Shown piece by piece: positions 9,914 through 19,946 of a stretch of 64,000 bases of DNA. A model generated the notes under the pieces. It did not search any database. It worked only from the letters and a program-made list of their open reading frames with translations, and was not told the DNA's origin. The DNA is from an uncultured Candidatus Saccharibacteria bacterium (GTDB taxonomy: Bacteria > Patescibacteriota > CALEFQ01). The position numbers were made by a program, and so were the translations under genes. Location of the stretch: NCBI GenBank assembly GCA_965230955.1, contig OZ246404.1:500995-564994 (forward strand). The letters are read 5' to 3'. How positions within the stretch are numbered: the stretch's first letter is position 1; each line of letters begins with the position of its first letter.

Positions 9914-10675
9914 ATGAATAAATGGCAAAACATCCAACAGGAGCATACCGACGAATTGGTTCGGCAGGGTACGTATCATCACGATCGTGATGTTTTTTCA
10001 CAATCTCCCGCCCAGAAACGTAAGCTAGATAATTTTTTTAGAATTGCCGATTTTCCGCCCAAGAGTCATTTGCTTGAGGTTGGTGGGGGCACGGGCAAGT
10101 ATACTATACCGGCTCTTCAACGAGATTATCGCGTCACGGCCAGTGATATTTCCATGTCGGCATTAAAACAATTGCGACATGACGCTCAAGAGCTGGGGGT
10201 TGATCGAAGGTTAGTCGCAACTGTTTGTCGACCGACAGAGCAATTCGATTGGTCGAACAATTTTGACGGCGGTTTTTGCGTGGACGTACTCCATCATCTC
10301 AGCAGTATTGAATTGGGGCTGGAACGAATTTTTAACGCCTTGAAACCCGGAGCGAAATTTGTAGCCTACGAACCAAATGGCGCTAATCCGATTTGGCGCA
10401 TCGCGGGGGCGGTTTGGCCGCCGTTTGATTGGAAATATGAAAAAGGATTAGTCCGTTGTACTTCCCGAAACTTGTTTAACTTGTTTACCAAGATTGGATT
10501 TCGCGATGTCAAAATTACCTATATGTCATTGTTTCCCCGTTTTTTGCATGATCGCTTTCGATTTCTTAATTCTTGGGAAGATAAGATCCTGGGCCATTCT
10601 TTTTGGCGTAAACTGGGAGGATTGATTATTGTCCAGGGTAAAAAACCGCATGAAAATACTGATCTTAAATCCTAA
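9914..10675 (+). CDS. class I SAM-dependent methyltransferase
   Basis: LLEVGGGTGKYT glycine-rich motif; VDVLHHL. ATG at 9914 (ORF track start 9896 is TTG). Confidence 0.75.
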   Translation: MNKWQNIQQEHTDELVRQGTYHHDRDVFSQSPAQKRKLDNFFRIADFPPKSHLLEVGGGTGKYTIPALQRDYRVTASDISMSALKQLRHDAQELGVDRRLVATVCRPTEQFDWSNNFDGGFCVDVLHHLSSIELGLERIFNALKPGAKFVAYEPNGANPIWRIAGAVWPPFDWKYEKGLVRCTSRNLFNLFTKIGFRDVKITYMSLFPRFLHDRFRFLNSWEDKILGHSFWRKLGGLIIVQGKKPHENTDLKS

Positions 10676-11855
10676 TATCTGGATGGGCGGAGGCGCTCAA
10701 AAAGCCCTGATCCGCCAAGCTCTTGGTTTGCAAGAATTGGGGCACCAGGTTTTTATATTAACGACCAGGATTGATCGCCGGGAGCGGCCGGATATTCTGA
10801 ATCGATTAAATATCACCGTCGCGGATATCCCGCTGGTTTTTTATCGGGATAACCAGTATTTGCCATTAGAAAATAAATTGGTTTTGCTTAGGAATTTTTT
10901 CCGGCTGAAGAAAGCGATTAAGAAATTTGTTCGACAGCATCAAATTGACATTGTCAATCCTCAGCAAACGCCCATGCACTGGCTCTGCGGCGGCTTATCG
11001 GTTCCGGTTGTTTGGACGTGTTATGAGCCGATATCTTTGTGGCCTTCAAACAAGCCTTATTTCATAATCGGCGCCAAGAAGTTGACGGTCTTTGGCCGAC
11101 TTGCCCGATATATCTTTGAAAATTTCGACCGTCGATATGTGCGACGGCATGTCAGGAATATAATCGCCATTTCAGAAATGGTTCAGCGTGATATCAAGAT
11201 TCTATATGGATTATCCGCCCGGGTGGCTTATTTGCCTGTCGATACCGAGCTGTTGGCGACGGCCGATCCGGAGCGGGCACGCCGCCGTCTGAATATTAAA
11301 TCGTCCGATTTTGTCGTCACTCAGGTTGCCCACTTAAAGCCGGTAAAAAATCAGCGTTGTACGATCGATACCGCTAAATTGTTATTGAACAAAATTTCCA
11401 ATCTTAAAATTTTGTTGGTTGGCGGCGGACCGGATCATCAACCCTTGCTTGATTACGCCAATCGGCAAGGGCTGGCCGATCGGACAATTTTCGTTGGTCC
11501 ACAGACTGATATTCAAACAGCTGACTGTTTAGCGGCTAGCAATGTTCTGATTTTACCCGCGCGACATCAGACTTGGGGATTGGTTATATTTGAAGCTTTG
11601 TCGGCTGGGGCTTTGCCGGTCGTGGCCAATGATTGCGGGGCCAGAGTCGTTATCGAAAAAGAAAAAATCGGCTTATTGTCGGAACCGCGGCCGGAAAGTT
11701 TTGCCGCGATGATTTTTAAAGCTTATTCCGATAAAGAAAAGATGGCGGAATTGGTGCAGAGAGGAAAAAAATATACCCAGCGATATTTGAGTTACACCGG
11801 TTATGCTCAGAAAATTGATGATATTTTCCGGGAAATTGTTAACAAGGCCAGTTGA
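10650..11855 (+). CDS. GT4 (group 1) glycosyltransferase
   Basis: MKILILNPNIWMGGGAQK N-terminus. C-terminal LVGGGPD...LILPARHQTWGLVIFEALSAGALPVVAND. ATG at 10650 overlaps the upstream stop. Confidence 0.8.
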   Translation: MKILILNPNIWMGGGAQKALIRQALGLQELGHQVFILTTRIDRRERPDILNRLNITVADIPLVFYRDNQYLPLENKLVLLRNFFRLKKAIKKFVRQHQIDIVNPQQTPMHWLCGGLSVPVVWTCYEPISLWPSNKPYFIIGAKKLTVFGRLARYIFENFDRRYVRRHVRNIIAISEMVQRDIKILYGLSARVAYLPVDTELLATADPERARRRLNIKSSDFVVTQVAHLKPVKNQRCTIDTAKLLLNKISNLKILLVGGGPDHQPLLDYANRQGLADRTIFVGPQTDIQTADCLAASNVLILPARHQTWGLVIFEALSAGALPVVANDCGARVVIEKEKIGLLSEPRPESFAAMIFKAYSDKEKMAELVQRGKKYTQRYLSYTGYAQKIDDIFREIVNKAS

Positions 11856-11880
11856 CATCGAGCCGCTTTTTTACGATAAT
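11852..11880 (+). promoter_or_regulatory. sigma70-like internal promoter TTGACA-17-GATAAT overlapping the GT4 stop codon
   Basis: ttgaca 11852-11857 (contains TGA stop of upstream gene), 17-nt spacer, gataat 11875-11880; 30 nt upstream of the GT2 ATG at 11910. Confidence 0.5.
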
Positions 11881-11909
11881 GTATCAGTTAGTCCTGGTAA
11901 CAAATAGCC

Positions 11910-12575
11910 ATGAAAACTACTGCCTGTATACCAACAAAAAATGAAGCAAAGGGGATAAAACAGGTTATCGCCGGAGTTCAGCCGTATGTCGACGAAATTC
12001 TAGTCGTCGATGGTCATTCTAGTGATCAAACCCGTGATTTGGCCCGAGAGTGCGGAGCGAGAGTTTTATTGGATAATTGCCGCGGTAAAGGCGCTGGTTT
12101 GCGTTTGGGTTTGCGGGAAGCCGGTGGAGATATCGTGGTTTTTATTGATGCGGATGGTTCGCATGACCCGAAGGATATTCCACAATTAATAGCTCCGATC
12201 AAGGAAAACAAGGCTGATTTAGTGGTTGCGTCTCGAGCGAAAGGCGGAAGTGATGAGTATCACATGAAATTTGGCCATTTGATCAGGCAATGGGGCAGTG
12301 AGTTTGCGGCGCTGACTATTAATTATCGCTGGAAAGTTGATTTGACCGATGTCCAGAATGGTTTCCGCGCCATCAAAAAAACGGTGGGATTAAAAATAAA
12401 TCTCAATGCCAACGATTTTGATATTGAGCAGGAAATGGTTATGAAAACCCTGAAGAATGGCTACCGTATTGTCGAAATCGGCAGCCATGAATCTTCACGC
12501 AGTTGGGGCAGTTCAAAACTGCCTACCTCCAAAGCCTGGAAATTCTTATATCGATTACTTAAGGAACTATTTTGA
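11910..12575 (+). CDS. small soluble GT2 glycosyltransferase (DPM1/GtrB catalytic-domain-like, no TM anchor)
   Basis: CIPTKNEAKGI...VVDGHSSDQTRD...FIDADGSHDP. 221 aa without C-terminal helices. Confidence 0.75.
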   Translation: MKTTACIPTKNEAKGIKQVIAGVQPYVDEILVVDGHSSDQTRDLARECGARVLLDNCRGKGAGLRLGLREAGGDIVVFIDADGSHDPKDIPQLIAPIKENKADLVVASRAKGGSDEYHMKFGHLIRQWGSEFAALTINYRWKVDLTDVQNGFRAIKKTVGLKINLNANDFDIEQEMVMKTLKNGYRIVEIGSHESSRSWGSSKLPTSKAWKFLYRLLKELF

Positions 12576-14014
12576 TGAAAGTTTATCTTATCAATCCGCC
12601 CGCGGTTAAGGGCGTGCGTATGGTACGCGAAGGCCGTTGTATGCAACGCGAAGGGGCTTGGACGGCAGTCTGGACTCCAATTTCGTTGGCATTGTGCGGA
12701 GCGGTGCTGGAAAAGTATGGGATGGAGTGTAAATTAACTGATTGCATTGTCGAGGAAATTGATTTGGCAAAATTGCAATCATTGGTTTCTGAGTTCAAGC
12801 CTGATTTGGTGGTTCTTAACACGGCAACTCCGTCTATTAACGGAGATTTGAAAGTCGGATCTTATTTGAAAAAAGTTTGTCCCTCGGTCAAGGTCGCGGC
12901 CATCGGCATCCATGTTACCGCAATGCCGGAGGATTCATTAAAAATTTCCAGCGGGCTTGATTATATCGTGAGCGGTGAGCCGGAGTATACCATTTTGGAG
13001 TTGGCCCGGAGACTGAAAACAAAGGCTTCTCCCGATGATATCAAAGGAATTATTTTGTCTCGGCAGGGCAAGATGATTGTAAATCCGCCTCGCCCCTATA
13101 TCGATAATCTGGATGAACTTCCTTTTCCGGCTTGGCACCTGATCGATAAAACCAAATACAAGATGCCTTTTTTGAACCGACCGTTTTTTCTTATTGCCAC
13201 CGGCCGGGGTTGTCCTTATAAATGCACTTTTTGCGCCGATTGCGCCTACTACGGTAAAAAATTGAGGCTCCGCACGCCAAAAAATATCGTTGATGAACTG
13301 GAATGGGCCGGCAAAAAACACGGGGTGATTGATTTTCTTTTTTGGTCCGAGTCATTCACGATCAATCGGCAATTTGCCAAAGATGTGGCTGATGAAATTT
13401 ACCGCCGGAAGCTGAAAATCCACTGGGTTTGCAATAGTCGCGTGGATAATGTTGATGAGGAATTGCTTCGTAAAATCAAACGGGCCGGTTGTTGGATGAT
13501 CGGCTATGGCTTAGAGTCGGCCAATCAAAAAATTCTCGACTCGGTCAAGAAGGGGATTAAGGTTGAGCAGACTATTCGGGCGGTAAAACTTTCTAAAAAA
13601 GCCGGCCTGGATGTTACGGCTCATTGCGTTCTCGGTTTCCCCGGCGAAACCGAAGAAACTATCAAGGAAACGATTCGACTGACCAAGAAGTTGCCTGTGG
13701 ATTTTGCGCAGTATTATTGTTCGGTTCCTTTCCCGGGATCGGAATTATATCAACAGGCGATTGATAGCGGTTGGGTCAATACGGACAACTGGGAACGTTT
13801 CGAGCAGAATTTTTCTATCATTGATATGCCCGGACTTTCATCCGAACGTGTAATGCAACTGCGGAAACAGGCTTATAAAGAATTTTATGTTCGCCCGCGG
13901 ATCGCGCTAAAGACACTGGGGCGAGTTCGGAATTTACACGACTTCTTGGAATTATTCCGGATGGTTCGGGCTTTCACCGATTGGACAAAAAAGGAAGATC
14001 AATGCGCCAGCTAA
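12575..14014 (+). CDS. B12-binding domain-containing radical SAM enzyme (class B rSAM), paralogue of 8379-9857
   Basis: TGRGCPYKCTFC rSAM motif. Shares ELLRK(I/M)K(R/A)(A/S)GC and (F/H)PGET(E/I)ET blocks with the first rSAM. TGATG overlap with upstream GT2 stop. Confidence 0.85.
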   Translation: MKVYLINPPAVKGVRMVREGRCMQREGAWTAVWTPISLALCGAVLEKYGMECKLTDCIVEEIDLAKLQSLVSEFKPDLVVLNTATPSINGDLKVGSYLKKVCPSVKVAAIGIHVTAMPEDSLKISSGLDYIVSGEPEYTILELARRLKTKASPDDIKGIILSRQGKMIVNPPRPYIDNLDELPFPAWHLIDKTKYKMPFLNRPFFLIATGRGCPYKCTFCADCAYYGKKLRLRTPKNIVDELEWAGKKHGVIDFLFWSESFTINRQFAKDVADEIYRRKLKIHWVCNSRVDNVDEELLRKIKRAGCWMIGYGLESANQKILDSVKKGIKVEQTIRAVKLSKKAGLDVTAHCVLGFPGETEETIKETIRLTKKLPVDFAQYYCSVPFPGSELYQQAIDSGWVNTDNWERFEQNFSIIDMPGLSSERVMQLRKQAYKEFYVRPRIALKTLGRVRNLHDFLELFRMVRAFTDWTKKEDQCAS

Positions 14015-17000
14015 TAAAAATTTTGTTGCCAATCGTGATCACGGTTGGTCTGGCTATTGTTTTTGTAGTCATCGCTTTTGATCGGCCGGCCGGCAATAGG
14101 TTGGCCGATTTTGATGTCTCAGCCTCAAATAACAGCTGCCAATCGCAATTTGATTCGCGGGGCAATGTCGGAATTTCTTATTCTCGGGCCGATGACTGTA
14201 ATGTGGAATTCACGGCAAAGTCACGGCTTTTGATTGAAAATATCGATCGAATAGATATGAAATACCTGGTTGCTGAAAATATAATTAAGGACGATCTGGT
14301 CAATATCGAAGTTTTCGGTCCGAATTGGAAGTTGATCAGCAAGAATAATTATCGAATCAGTTCCGGCATGGATTCAATCCCAGTTGACTTGCCTCAGCAG
14401 TTCAACGGTGAAATCAGTGTCATAAGATTTATTTTTTACCGCAGTGCTTTTACCGACCCGGCCGAGATAGATATTCGGTCGCTACAGTTTAGCTCCGATA
14501 ATTCTCCGAGCTGGTTTTCTGTTGTCCCGCAAATCGCCAATAAATTTGTTACCGCCGGGGCAATGATAAAAGTAGGTTTAATCAGTTTTGCCTATTATTT
14601 TTCTCGCGCCTTAAATATCCCCGTGCTGCTAAATACGATTTTGGGATTAAGCGGCATTCTAGTCTGCTTTCTTAGCGGTTGGATTATGGCGCGTCGGCTT
14701 TTTCATCAGTCTGAATTTTTACCGGCTGTATTGGCGGCTTTGCTGTTGGGTTTGGCTCAACTGACTCTGACCATGCTGGCTCTATCCTTGTTTCATCTCA
14801 TGTTTGCCGGCCCGGTCTTGGGTCTCAATTTGGCTTGTCTCGTTTTCTTGATAATCAGATATCGGTATCGATTTAGCTGGTCGCGCGCTCTGTTGCCGGT
14901 GCAAGGTTTACTACAGAAAGCTAGAAAAAATTTGTTTGTGTTTCTGGGGGTCACCATGGTTGCTGGCTTACTCCTAATTACTCTGATTCAAGCTTTGAAC
15001 GCCGCACCTTTTGGTTATGACGCCTTGGCTTATCATTTACCGATGGCGGTAGAATGGTCTGAATCGGGTCAAGTTTTCCCTATCAGTTTATCTAGTTTTC
15101 TCAGTTATATGCCCGGGGGTGCGGAATTGCTGATGTCGTACATAATCATGGCTTTTCGAAGTGACTTATTGACCAGTCTTATTCAATTGCCATTTCTTAT
15201 TATAACGGCTTTGGCGGTATATCAAATTGTCAGGAACCTCGGCGTTAGGCGAGTTGGCGCCATGATTGGAGCGCTGTTGGTTTTTTGCATTCCTGTTTTC
15301 ATCAAGGAAACTCAGCGGGCTTATATCGATTTAATTTTTATGGCGCTGGTGATGCTGGCGCTAAACTATGGTATTCAGTTTTGGCGCCGATTGGATCGAG
15401 CCAGCCTGCTTCTCGGAGCCATAACTGTCGGTTTGGCCATAGGCATGCGCTACACGGCTTGGCATTTTTTACTACCAATCTTGATTTTGTATTTGGTTGC
15501 GATGATTCGTTTTGTTCGTCAAAAGGCTTCATCGCGCCTGTTTCATTTCATTAAATTGTTATTAATTTTTATCGGCGCGGTTCTAATCTTCGGAGGATAT
15601 TGGTATATCAGGAATTGGATTATAACCGGCAATCCTATCTATCCTTCCGCTTTAGCGCCTGGAGGTTTTACTCTTTTTGATAGCGGAGTCAGCACGTCTT
15701 ATGCGAATTTTTTGTCGAGCATGACTATTTTCCCAAACTTCGGCGATATTAATTGGACGGCGCATCGCGAAGCGATTCTGACTGCCTTTGGAGCTCCTTT
15801 TCTGTGGGCGATGATGATTATTCTGATAGGCGGTTTGGTTGGTAATTTTATAGTCAAAAACACTTGGTCGGAAAAAATACTGCGGCTGTTTTTGATTTTG
15901 TTGCCTATTTATTCTATCTTCATATTCACGACCATTCCTTTTAGCTCTATTATCAATCAGTCGATGCGTTATGTTTTTGTTTTTGTTCCCCTGACAGCGG
16001 CCGTTTTGGGTTTTATTGCCGGTTGGCACAAGGTTTTTACCTGGCTGGCCGGTCTTTCCGTCCTAGGCCTTTTGATTAGTTCCTTCTGGCCGCTAGCGTT
16101 GTTTGATAAGAATAATACTATCAACTTTCCTTTTTCCGGTACAAAATTATTGGTTATTCTGTTGGTTGTTGCCTGGCTGTTGTTCCTTTTTTGGCCAATC
16201 CTTAATAAAATAATGGCCAATCGCTGGGGAAAAAATATATTACTGATTGCGATTTTGATTGGTAGCCTGGGCTTCATTGTGGGTTTTACCAATGATTATC
16301 AGATCAATAAATATTCGTGGTATCAATCGAATTACTATCAAGTTGGACAAGCGGCAAATTGGATCGATCAGAATGCCGACGGAGAGGGAATTAACCTGAT
16401 CGGTATAGATCGTCCATATCCTTTTTACGGCCGTAATTTCAAGAACAAGATTTATCAATTAAACTCGAATTCCGATCGAGATCTTCTTTATCATGAGTAC
16501 CGACGACCGTTTAAAGAAGATTGGCGAGATTACGGGCAATTAAATGTTCGACTGACTCGAAGTGGGCCGAATGATGATTCGCCTCTGCATTTAAAGCTTA
16601 ATTTTTATTCTACCGACGACAAAAATAACTATGTCCAGCTTGGTTCTTTGTCTGGGGAAATCACTGTCGGTACCAATGATTTCAGTCTGGATTTAGCCGA
16701 GTTATCGGCGCGCGACCGGGTCGTTATTATGGAATGGCAAATGACCGGTTTGGGCGATTCGGATGAATTGAAAATTGATGAGTTGGTGCTGACCGATCGT
16801 TCGTCTAAATCACCCAATTTTCCCGAAGATTTAGCAATTTTACCTAACACCTGGGAGGTAGGCGGGGAATGGCAAAATTCCGATTCAGTCTATTATGCTA
16901 CGCTTGATCGTGATTACCTTCTGCGAGTCGATTCGCCGGCAGGTGATAATGATACCGGCCGAAGTGGATATATTAAAGCCTATTTCAATACCAATGAATT

Positions 17001-17202
17001 TGGGCACATTTACGAAAATCCCAATAAAGAAATCTGGCTCCGCAATTTAAAAGAGAATGACATTAGATTTGTGGTTTCCACTTATAGCTCGACTGGAAAT
17101 GAGCGGCCGGAAATGCAGTGGATCGGCCAGCAGCCCGATATTTTTTCGGAAGTTTATTCAAATGACATGATCAAAATATTCAGGATTGATTGGCCTAATT
17201 GA
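14002..17202 (+). CDS. giant (1066 aa) polytopic membrane protein, GT-C-like. N-terminal TM, then about 170 aa ecto-domain, about 14 TM core, then about 400 aa C-terminal ecto-domain
   Basis: Hydrophobicity pattern. First-loop acidic/aromatic motif PFGYDALAYHLPMAVEW resembling GT-C first-loop motifs. RBS AAGGAAG 3 nt upstream of ATG 14002 (TTG at 13981 also in frame); stop of rSAM at 14012-14014 overlaps. Confidence 0.5.
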   Translation: MRQLIKILLPIVITVGLAIVFVVIAFDRPAGNRLADFDVSASNNSCQSQFDSRGNVGISYSRADDCNVEFTAKSRLLIENIDRIDMKYLVAENIIKDDLVNIEVFGPNWKLISKNNYRISSGMDSIPVDLPQQFNGEISVIRFIFYRSAFTDPAEIDIRSLQFSSDNSPSWFSVVPQIANKFVTAGAMIKVGLISFAYYFSRALNIPVLLNTILGLSGILVCFLSGWIMARRLFHQSEFLPAVLAALLLGLAQLTLTMLALSLFHLMFAGPVLGLNLACLVFLIIRYRYRFSWSRALLPVQGLLQKARKNLFVFLGVTMVAGLLLITLIQALNAAPFGYDALAYHLPMAVEWSESGQVFPISLSSFLSYMPGGAELLMSYIIMAFRSDLLTSLIQLPFLIITALAVYQIVRNLGVRRVGAMIGALLVFCIPVFIKETQRAYIDLIFMALVMLALNYGIQFWRRLDRASLLLGAITVGLAIGMRYTAWHFLLPILILYLVAMIRFVRQKASSRLFHFIKLLLIFIGAVLIFGGYWYIRNWIITGNPIYPSALAPGGFTLFDSGVSTSYANFLSSMTIFPNFGDINWTAHREAILTAFGAPFLWAMMIILIGGLVGNFIVKNTWSEKILRLFLILLPIYSIFIFTTIPFSSIINQSMRYVFVFVPLTAAVLGFIAGWHKVFTWLAGLSVLGLLISSFWPLALFDKNNTINFPFSGTKLLVILLVVAWLLFLFWPILNKIMANRWGKNILLIAILIGSLGFIVGFTNDYQINKYSWYQSNYYQVGQAANWIDQNADGEGINLIGIDRPYPFYGRNFKNKIYQLNSNSDRDLLYHEYRRPFKEDWRDYGQLNVRLTRSGPNDDSPLHLKLNFYSTDDKNNYVQLGSLSGEITVGTNDFSLDLAELSARDRVVIMEWQMTGLGDSDELKIDELVLTDRSSKSPNFPEDLAILPNTWEVGGEWQNSDSVYYATLDRDYLLRVDSPAGDNDTGRSGYIKAYFNTNEFGHIYENPNKEIWLRNLKENDIRFVVSTYSSTGNERPEMQWIGQQPDIFSEVYSNDMIKIFRIDWPN

Positions 17203-17207
17203 CAAAC

Positions 17208-19946
17208 ATGCCAACCCCTAGTCGAAAATTGTTTTTCCTGATATTTATCGGCATCGTAATCGCGTTGGGTTATTTTGCTTTGCGCCAGACGTTCGTCAAT
17301 CCCGGCACCTTGGGTCATAATTGGGACTGGTCATTTCCCGCTCTCGCATCGCAATTAGCCACAGCTATGCCGAAGATGTTTTCCAGCTGGTCATACACCA
17401 GTCTGGGATCGCCCGCAATTTTAAGCATTCCGGTCAATCTGTTGCTGGCGGTTTTTTTCTCCTTTGGAACGATCGGTATCTCCGGAGAACTTGTCTCTAA
17501 AGCTGTAGTATTCAGCACCTTGATTATTGGCAGTATCGGGATGTATCTCTACCTGGGGCTGTTCTTTTTGAGATCGGCCAAACCCACTTGGCTCGGTGTT
17601 TTACCGGTTTTTCTGGGTGCCGTCTTTTTCGGATTCTCTCCATTCATCTTTAGTGAATTTATTGGCGGGGCGGTGTCGCAGTTCATTTCTTATGCCGTCA
17701 TTCCTTTCGCTTTGTTTTTTTTCGCCTTGTCGCAAAATTCTGCCAAATTTCGTTGGTTTTTGATATTCGCTACAGCCTTGGTTTTATCGATACTCACGAT
17801 TTCGACCCATAATTTGATCATCGCGGTTGTTTTAACGGTTCTCTTGATTGTCGTTTCCGAGAATCGCCGCCGATACTTCTGGAGCTTGATCGGATTGGCT
17901 GCGTTTTATATCCTGATGAATTTATACTGGATGATTCCGTTTGTTTCAGAATTATTTTTTGCTCAGACCTTTTTTGAATCTGAATCATTTTTGTCGCTGA
18001 TCAATGTCATTAAGGCGGCCCCGAATATTGCCCGAGCTTGGTTTCAGATCGGTTATGCCCGACTCTTTTTTGAAAACATCATGTCGGTTGCCTGGCTGCC
18101 TTGGTGGATCTTGGGTGTCGGCGGTTTCTGTGCGGTGCTTATCGGTTCGGTTTTAAAATCAAAAAACAAGTACGCAAATTTTTGGTTATTGTTATTTCTC
18201 GGGGCACTGGTTTTCGTCACGGCCGGTGTGGCGCCGCTCGGGGAGCAAGTGGTTTGGTTATTCCAAAATGTTTCAGTAATTCGAGGTTTTAGATCAATTC
18301 AGCATTTCATTCCAGTCAGCGTCTTTACCTTTTCGGTTGTATTGGCTTTTGGTGTTAATTTTATCTTGATCCGCCTGAAACCGGCTAATAAATTTATCGG
18401 CCAAGCGGTGATAGCCGTGCTAGTTTTGGGCACGGCGGTCTGGATCGCCCCTTTTATCATCAGCGGCGATATTGGCAGTGCCAAGCTGGCTGAACGAGAG
18501 ATGAGCTATATTGATAGTTTCCAATTGTCGCCCGGCTATATCAAGGCGCACCAATTAATCAACGAGGAAAAAGAAACTGTCAGATTTTTGCCTTTGCCGG
18601 CCGCATTTTCTCCTGTTTATCTGCCGACTGAATATCAAGCCTATGCCCAGGGCGGCGATCCTACACTGTCCACGTTTGCTATTCCGGCTGTTGTGGCAGA
18701 TTTCGCGCCACAGGGGCATCCCAAGAAAATGATGCAGGTTTTTGAAAAGAATATTTGCGAGGAAAACCTTTCGCCGTCCGAAAACAATCAGTTGCTGTCC
18801 TTGCTAAATATCAAATATATAATGCAGCGGCAAGATCTCGAACCCAACCCCGGCAGTCTCTGCAGTAAACGTTGGTTTCCTGATTTAATTGATGATTATT
18901 TGCGATCCGATCCGGGCTTAAAATCTGTTTTTAGTGAAGATTACATCAAGCTTTACCAGTTGTCCGATTATTTTCCGAGAATTTATGCCGCAAATCGTAA
19001 CCTCATGATTGATGGTCCGGTCGATACGCTAAATGACGTTATTAAACATGATGATCTGCAGTTATCCACTAATATTTTTTTTACTGATCTGAAACCTTCT
19101 CCTCGGCCAGACCAGATTTCCACTAATTACCTTCGGCAGAGTTTTGAGGTCGAAGATACCCAGTTTCTAGAGGCTTCCGGTATATGGTCGAGTGACAAAG
19201 GCAGTACCACCAGAGATATAATTTATCCGGCCAGCGGGTCGGAATTCAACGAGCTGGTTTATAAAATACCGATTAAGGAATCCGGGCAATACGAGTTATA
19301 TGTTAAAATAAGACATGACACCGACGAAGGTCTGCTGCAAGCGACGATCGATGGGGAAAAAATAGGCCAACCGCTCGATGTCTATTACAAAAGTCCTTAT
19401 TCGGCTGAAGGCAAAAGTTCATATTACTACCAATCGGTAAAAGTTGGAGATGTGGACCTGGCTGCCGGCGATCATCAGTTTAGCTTTGCCAGTCTACCCG
19501 CTCTGGATAAAAGGCTCGAAAAATACAAGCAGAGCCTGGACATGTTTTATCTGGTGAAAATAGAAAATTCTTTTATAGAGTCGGAACAAGGCGCTCTGCC
19601 CGCTGTGCAATTTTCGCAAACCAGTCCGACGACCTACCGGGTTAGTGTCTCCGGCGCCAACGCCCCGTACTACCTTAATTTCTTGGAAACATATAATTCC
19701 AACTGGAAATTACGGATAAATGGACAAGAAATTTCTGCGGATAAACATTTCGTTGTTAATGGCTATGCCAATTCTTGGCGTATAGACAATCAACAAGATT
19801 GGCAGGGTGAAATAGTGTATCGGACCCAAGAGTTGTTTTATCTCGGCCTGTGGTTGTCCGGCTTGGGGGCTCTGGCCTTGCTGATGTTAACTTTATCTCT
19901 GCCGTATTTTGCGAAGAAGCCTAAGCAAATCGACTATGCCAAGTAA
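17208..19946 (+). CDS. YfhO-like GT-C membrane glycosyltransferase (about 12 TM, C-terminal ecto-domain, terminal TM helix)
   Basis: N-terminal loop GHNWDWSFPAL; C-terminal module SNWKLRINGQEISADKHFVVNGYANSWRI...YLGLWLSGLGALALL (pattern W-K-x-x-x-N-G ... N-G ... terminal TM) as in YfhO-family proteins. Contains AAGDHQFSFASL beta-module motif. Confidence 0.5.
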   Translation: MPTPSRKLFFLIFIGIVIALGYFALRQTFVNPGTLGHNWDWSFPALASQLATAMPKMFSSWSYTSLGSPAILSIPVNLLLAVFFSFGTIGISGELVSKAVVFSTLIIGSIGMYLYLGLFFLRSAKPTWLGVLPVFLGAVFFGFSPFIFSEFIGGAVSQFISYAVIPFALFFFALSQNSAKFRWFLIFATALVLSILTISTHNLIIAVVLTVLLIVVSENRRRYFWSLIGLAAFYILMNLYWMIPFVSELFFAQTFFESESFLSLINVIKAAPNIARAWFQIGYARLFFENIMSVAWLPWWILGVGGFCAVLIGSVLKSKNKYANFWLLLFLGALVFVTAGVAPLGEQVVWLFQNVSVIRGFRSIQHFIPVSVFTFSVVLAFGVNFILIRLKPANKFIGQAVIAVLVLGTAVWIAPFIISGDIGSAKLAEREMSYIDSFQLSPGYIKAHQLINEEKETVRFLPLPAAFSPVYLPTEYQAYAQGGDPTLSTFAIPAVVADFAPQGHPKKMMQVFEKNICEENLSPSENNQLLSLLNIKYIMQRQDLEPNPGSLCSKRWFPDLIDDYLRSDPGLKSVFSEDYIKLYQLSDYFPRIYAANRNLMIDGPVDTLNDVIKHDDLQLSTNIFFTDLKPSPRPDQISTNYLRQSFEVEDTQFLEASGIWSSDKGSTTRDIIYPASGSEFNELVYKIPIKESGQYELYVKIRHDTDEGLLQATIDGEKIGQPLDVYYKSPYSAEGKSSYYYQSVKVGDVDLAAGDHQFSFASLPALDKRLEKYKQSLDMFYLVKIENSFIESEQGALPAVQFSQTSPTTYRVSVSGANAPYYLNFLETYNSNWKLRINGQEISADKHFVVNGYANSWRIDNQQDWQGEIVYRTQELFYLGLWLSGLGALALLMLTLSLPYFAKKPKQIDYAK

